The translations under genes and the position numbers were made by a program. A DNA stretch of 63,983 nt, counting the filler, from Asterionella formosa (lineage: Eukaryota): NCBI GenBank assembly GCA_002256025.1. It is 7 parts of 7 records of this genome, joined end to end, with 100 filler letters (N's around TTAATTAATTAA, not from the genome) between each part and the next. Parts side by side here need not be neighbours in the genome. Positions count along the whole stretch, not along the records: positions 55,364 to 63,983 come from NKIB01011934.1; 6 more parts are not named here. One strand, written 5' to 3'. The notes under the pieces are model-generated. The model saw only the letters and a list, made by a program, of their open reading frames with translations, ran no database searches and was not told the origin of the DNA. This document shows positions 59,626-63,983 of the stretch, one piece after another (the first letter of the stretch is position 1; the number at the start of each line of letters is the position of its first letter).

Positions 59626-60422
59626 ACATTAAATTTATTTCATGTAATTCTTTCCTTTTACTCTCTATATTGACAGGAGGTTGTTGCAAGCCCAAGGTTA
59701 GCAATCTGGTACAAATCACATCTCGCATCACAGAGCTTCCAGGCAATATATACAATGGTTCCACAGTCAGTAAGTAGCCCCAACCAAGGAGTGCCGCTTG
59801 TCTGTGTTACCGGTACTGGTACAGTAAGTACATACTGAAGGTAAGACACAACCGAGGGTGGAGAGGACTGCCTGCAAGTATTCTTGTGTTCGAGGTTTGG
59901 GAGGCGCAAGTATGCAGACCAAACAAACAAGGTCAACCTGCGAGGGCCTCCAAAGTCGAGTACACAAGATTACGAGTAGGCAGACTCCTCTCAAGTAGGG
60001 TCTTAACTAGGCAATTCATAACCTGGCTATTGGCGCGCTTTTCGCCACTACATTGCCCTTTCTGTTAACATTGAAAACCTATTTTAGAATGTTTGTATAT
60101 TGGATGCAAACTAGCCAATTGTCCTTCATGTAAAACATATATTGGATATTTCATAAGTACAGTTTTTGGATGACTCAATCCTGCAATTGACCATCAAATA
60201 AAACATATTTTGTAGATTTCACATGCTCCGTTTTTGGACTACCAAACTACCTTCCATAGTTTCAATACTAGCCCATAGATTTTATTGCCGAAATCGACTG
60301 CTGTTTATTTAAGTGAAATGGATTACTGACATCAATTCCCCCCCTATGGACTGCCGTTTACTTGAGGAAAATCGACTGCCGAAATTGGAAGGGAGTAGGA
60401 TGAGCTACGTGAAGGCACAAAA

Positions 60423-60510
60423 TGATGGTTTTCTGTATCGATGGCAATTCCACTATTTACATCCCTGATGGTTTTCTGTATCGATGGCAATTCCACTATT
60501 TACATCCCTG
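60423..60510. repeat. Perfect 43-bp tandem duplication
   Basis: TGATGGTTTTCTGTATCGATGGCAATTCCACTATTTACATCCC occurs twice. Confidence 0.95.
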
Positions 60511-61065
60511 CTATCTTCCAGCATGCTCCGAGGTATACTAACTCCGTTCATTGATGTCGCTCTCAAACATCGACTCTTCATCCTCAAATGGATCTGGCTT
60601 GTTGCTGGATAATTCGACTCCTTATAGAATTCATATTGTTGCATCCTGCTTGCTTCATCACAGCGGTGGCGCCAAAATTTCGGTTCTCCTTTCTATTGAT
60701 TTCCGATAGCCTTTCCGGTCAACTCCTTCGCTAGATTTGATATGTAGTGATAAATAAATTAATGGTTGCTGTTCAAAAGCGACCTCAATGAGTCGTTGGG
60801 TATAAAACTCAAAACGTTATGGTAGGTCAAAGTTAGGCTTCCATCTTGTCATTGAACCGGTATTTTCGACAGATATGATCAGCCATTAAATTTTAACTAT
60901 ATTTTTGTAGTATGTTTTCTATGTGACCTACACTATCTCAAATCAGATCTTGGCAGCAAGTTTTAGTGCTCTTGTGTTGGCTTTTTTCCGCTGCTCTACA
61001 ATAGTATTGTTTCATTGCTTTCTAATCACAATATTGCTTTTGTTACTTTTATATAATCATCTATA

Positions 61066-61859
61066 ATGACAACGAAAAGTCGTCAATCTCAATGAGCTAT
61101 CGTGAACTCAGCAAAGCAGCTGGAACATGATGGAGCTGGTGTTCTGCATGAAATCGTATTCAACAAGGAAGAGAGGACAGGTAAGTGCTTTTTGATTGTT
61201 GTTGCTATGTTTGAGTTCCCGCCATGGTCGAGCATGCTAATTATAATACATATTTCTTTCTCTTCACAGTGTTGATGAAGGCACCTGTCATGTTTCTCCT
61301 CCACTCCCTGACAATGCCAACAAGTCACCGTCCACTTGTCAAACAATTGTCCAATGAGGTGAAGTATATTTCCAGTTGATTGTTATTGTTTTTCACAAGG
61401 TATAATATAAACACACTGACATTATTTGTTTCTTTTTCTTGTTTCCCCATGCTAGCAAAGCCACTTAATTCGAAACTCGCATGAAAATCGTAAGTTCTTC
61501 AGGATGCCAACAATGTTGGCAACATATCTTGCCAGCACCAACAACATATCACTCCATTAATCCCTGTCATCCTACTCAAACTTGTCCTCCTAAAGTTACA
61601 AAGCCACAAACTCCCACATCAGCCAGTAAATTTTTCGATGCATCCTGCTCCTCCACCTGCCAGATACTACCAGCAGCCTGCACCCCCAGCACCAAACCTC
61701 CGCTATCAACAAGCTGTTGCTCCTCCGCCACCTCCACCACTACAACTTGAAATCAATCCAGAAACCACACACTCCAAATCGATTCATGCATCGGTTTCTG
61801 CTCCTTCAGGCCCGATCAGAAAATTTCTGGAATTTCGTTGTGACAACAAAAAAGTGTGA
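61066..61859 (+). pseudogene. Spliced gene remnant of unknown function
   Basis: Intron-like segments GTAAGT...TTCACAG (61181-61269) and GTGAAG...ATGCTAG (61359-61455) join in frame; Pro/Gln-rich tail; internal stops. Confidence 0.35.
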
Positions 61860-62009
61860 GTTGACAATTGTTAATGAAAATATGTTGACAATTTTCAACA
61901 CTATTTTTCCGCTGACTCATTTCTTTTTTCACTTTTTATTCTACTCGGTTTTCTTAGAGAATTTTATTTTTGCATGTTTGATACTGTGTGCCTGGTGCAA
62001 ATCTTAGTA

Positions 62010-62895
62010 GGATGAATCTTTCCATGGTCTGGTCTATCCACACTGATGTTACTTTTTCCTGTTGTGGTTGCTTTGGTGAACTTTCCTTGACATTGTGGAC
62101 CTAGCTATGTGTATCTCTTATAAACATGATTTTTTGGATGCTGACATGCCATGATGTGTTTATTGTTTTCTCTTGCTCCGCTTGTCTATTCCCTGATGCA
62201 TTGTTAGCAGTCTTCGTGCTCCTGTTGAAAACCAGCCAACCATGGATTTTTTTAGTAAGCAAGCATTGTTGTGGTGGTTCTTCGCTCCTCTCCCCTTTAT
62301 TCAGCTAAGCGTTTTTCCCAGTCGTCTACTTTCTTCTTGTTTTTGTCATATTTCTGCTCAGATCACTGCTTGTACTCTCTAAGCTTTATATTCTGCTGCA
62401 TGTGTTCAGCAGTGGCTGTGTGTAGTATGTGACACTGATCAACAAGTAAGCTGCCCTGCCTGCATCATTGGATAATGAGGGGACATATTATTTCTTTTTG
62501 CTGCAGCCTGCCTGGCACCGCATCATGATGGCGTCAGCCACTACGTTCAGTTGCACTGATGAGCTTAATTGCACTTGCTTGAGCTTTTGAGTCCACCTGA
62601 TTTTCACTGTGACTGGTAGGCTAGTATTGATAACTTCTTCTGTGAGAGACATAATATCAGCATTTTCTGGAAGGTGATGACATGTGTGATTGCTCCATGA
62701 TAGAAAGTTTATTCTCACCACCAGTGCTGCAGCACTATCTGTCCATATGTTTACAACCGAATGTTTAGCTATTAGCTATCTCGTGGAAATAGATAAATTC
62801 CATTAGGAACTTCAGTGCTGAGGCTAAGCCAAATAATTTCACTCTGCCTTGTTGAACTATTTCGCCTGTGGCCCAGAACATGCTGCAGTTTATGT
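62010..62895 (-). mobile_element. Second remnant of the same non-LTR family (RNase H C-half and zinc knuckle)
   Basis: TAACSG, VNIWTDSAAA, LPENADIMSL, QLNVVAD and EQENNKHIMACQHPK align with the 56270-57130 region. Confidence 0.75.
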
Positions 62896-62957
62896 TGGAG
62901 CGTGCAAGAATCAAACCCGCCACCTCATGAGGTGTGCTAGCCACTAAGCCATTCCCC
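62896..62957 (-). ncRNA. Second, more degenerate copy of the 62-nt tRNA-like element
   Basis: 51/62 nt identical to 59146-59207 without gaps; flanks unrelated. Confidence 0.65.
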
Positions 62958-63983
62958 TTTCAGCACTCCAGGAGAGTGGACAGTGGGATTCGCTCAGTGG
63001 AGGAGGCAACCATGATATGGATGGGTTGGTTTAGGCAGTCCAAGCTGACTAAAAATTGCTTGAGCCAACAATGAAATTGAATTGCTCATTTGTATAGACA
63101 GTGTTATTGCTTCTGGTAGATTTGAAGTTCAGAAAATAGCAGGAGACTTTGATTTTGCTTGCTTGCCAAACCGAAATTTTCTGAAGACACAACAATCAAA
63201 GGTTGGTTCATGCGTGAAATTGGTTGGTGCTCTTAGATATCCTGGTCTAGAAATGCATCTCATTGTTTTTTGATGGACATCTTTTGATTACTCTTTGTTT
63301 GAAAGTACTTTACAAAGACAAAAATACAATTTTTTGTGATATTCATTTACAAATTTATTAAGAAAATTTGTTGTAACACTTATTTTCTTGTAGCAATTTC
63401 GACAATGAATGATAGTCTATTAGATTGCTGATTCCTCCTGTCTAGTAGAGAGTCTGGTCCATTAGTCGATGTTATCATTGGGGAAGGGGGAAGGGATGAG
63501 GGAATGGGATTTTAGAGGACCACCTATTCTGATTTTCATCACTGATTAACAACAATTTCGGAAATGAGATGGACACCACTGGAAGGTGGCATGATTTTCT
63601 CTTTTGTTGGAGTTGTTTATTTAGTGGTTGATTTAACAATAAACTATAGGAGAACATGCATCTTATAATGTATTCTTCTTAATTTGTTATTTATTGATCA
63701 AGCCAAATTCATGCCACCTTATTTCTGATAAAAGAAATTGAATCAACATAAAGACAAGATGGGCGGCATGAAGTAGAAAAGCTAATGAAATGAATGCTAG
63801 GAATAAAAAAACTAAACCCAACTAGATTTAGAATGTTTAAAAATTGGTTTGAAACAAGTGTACACTTTGTTTGCTTGGTTCCTAGGATTTTAAAGTCAGG
63901 AAGTTCCTTCCAAACACCTTTTCCCAATGGTCCACAGAAAACTGTGATTAAAAACTTGTAAACAACATTGTGTGCTCGTGGTG

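Noticed and set aside
62984..63045. Third tRNA-like sequence on the plus strand (GGGATTCGCTCAGTGG...)
   Set aside because: A-box-like only; no B box and a poor acceptor stem.

Overview
Eukaryotic nuclear DNA, most likely from a diatom or related stramenopile (short GT-AG introns, diatom-type LRR receptor-like gene, Copia/Gypsy and RNase H-bearing non-LTR elements, TTAGGG tracts). The window is not one locus. It consists of seven scaffolds of about 9.1 kb, sorted by length and joined by artificial 100-bp spacers (N44-TTAATTAATTAA-N44), so adjacency across spacers has no meaning. Apparently functional genes: GH16-like membrane protein, CDF zinc transporter (partial), MORN-repeat protein, transmembrane LRR protein, TPR-like protein, GalNAc-transferase-like protein with an N-terminal zinc finger, coiled-coil protein, CobW/COG0523 GTPase (partial) and SAM methyltransferase (partial). 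Much of the rest is transposon debris (Copia, Gypsy, Harbinger, Tc1/mariner, Kolobok-like, non-LTR) and gene fragments. Main observations: (1) A 62-nt tRNA-Ala-like RNA lacking a normal anticodon arm occurs twice. One copy sits beside a second structured RNA candidate and shares a 19-bp upstream motif with it; the other is fused at its 3' end to a 5'-truncated LINE. (2) An LRR-ankyrin-kinase gene is probably continuous with a downstream IRAK-like kinase-RING region, and its first two 84-bp LRR units differ only by non-synonymous changes. (3) A paralogue comparison suggests the abundant TACCGGTA/TACCAGGTA motifs are DNA-transposon excision footprints.
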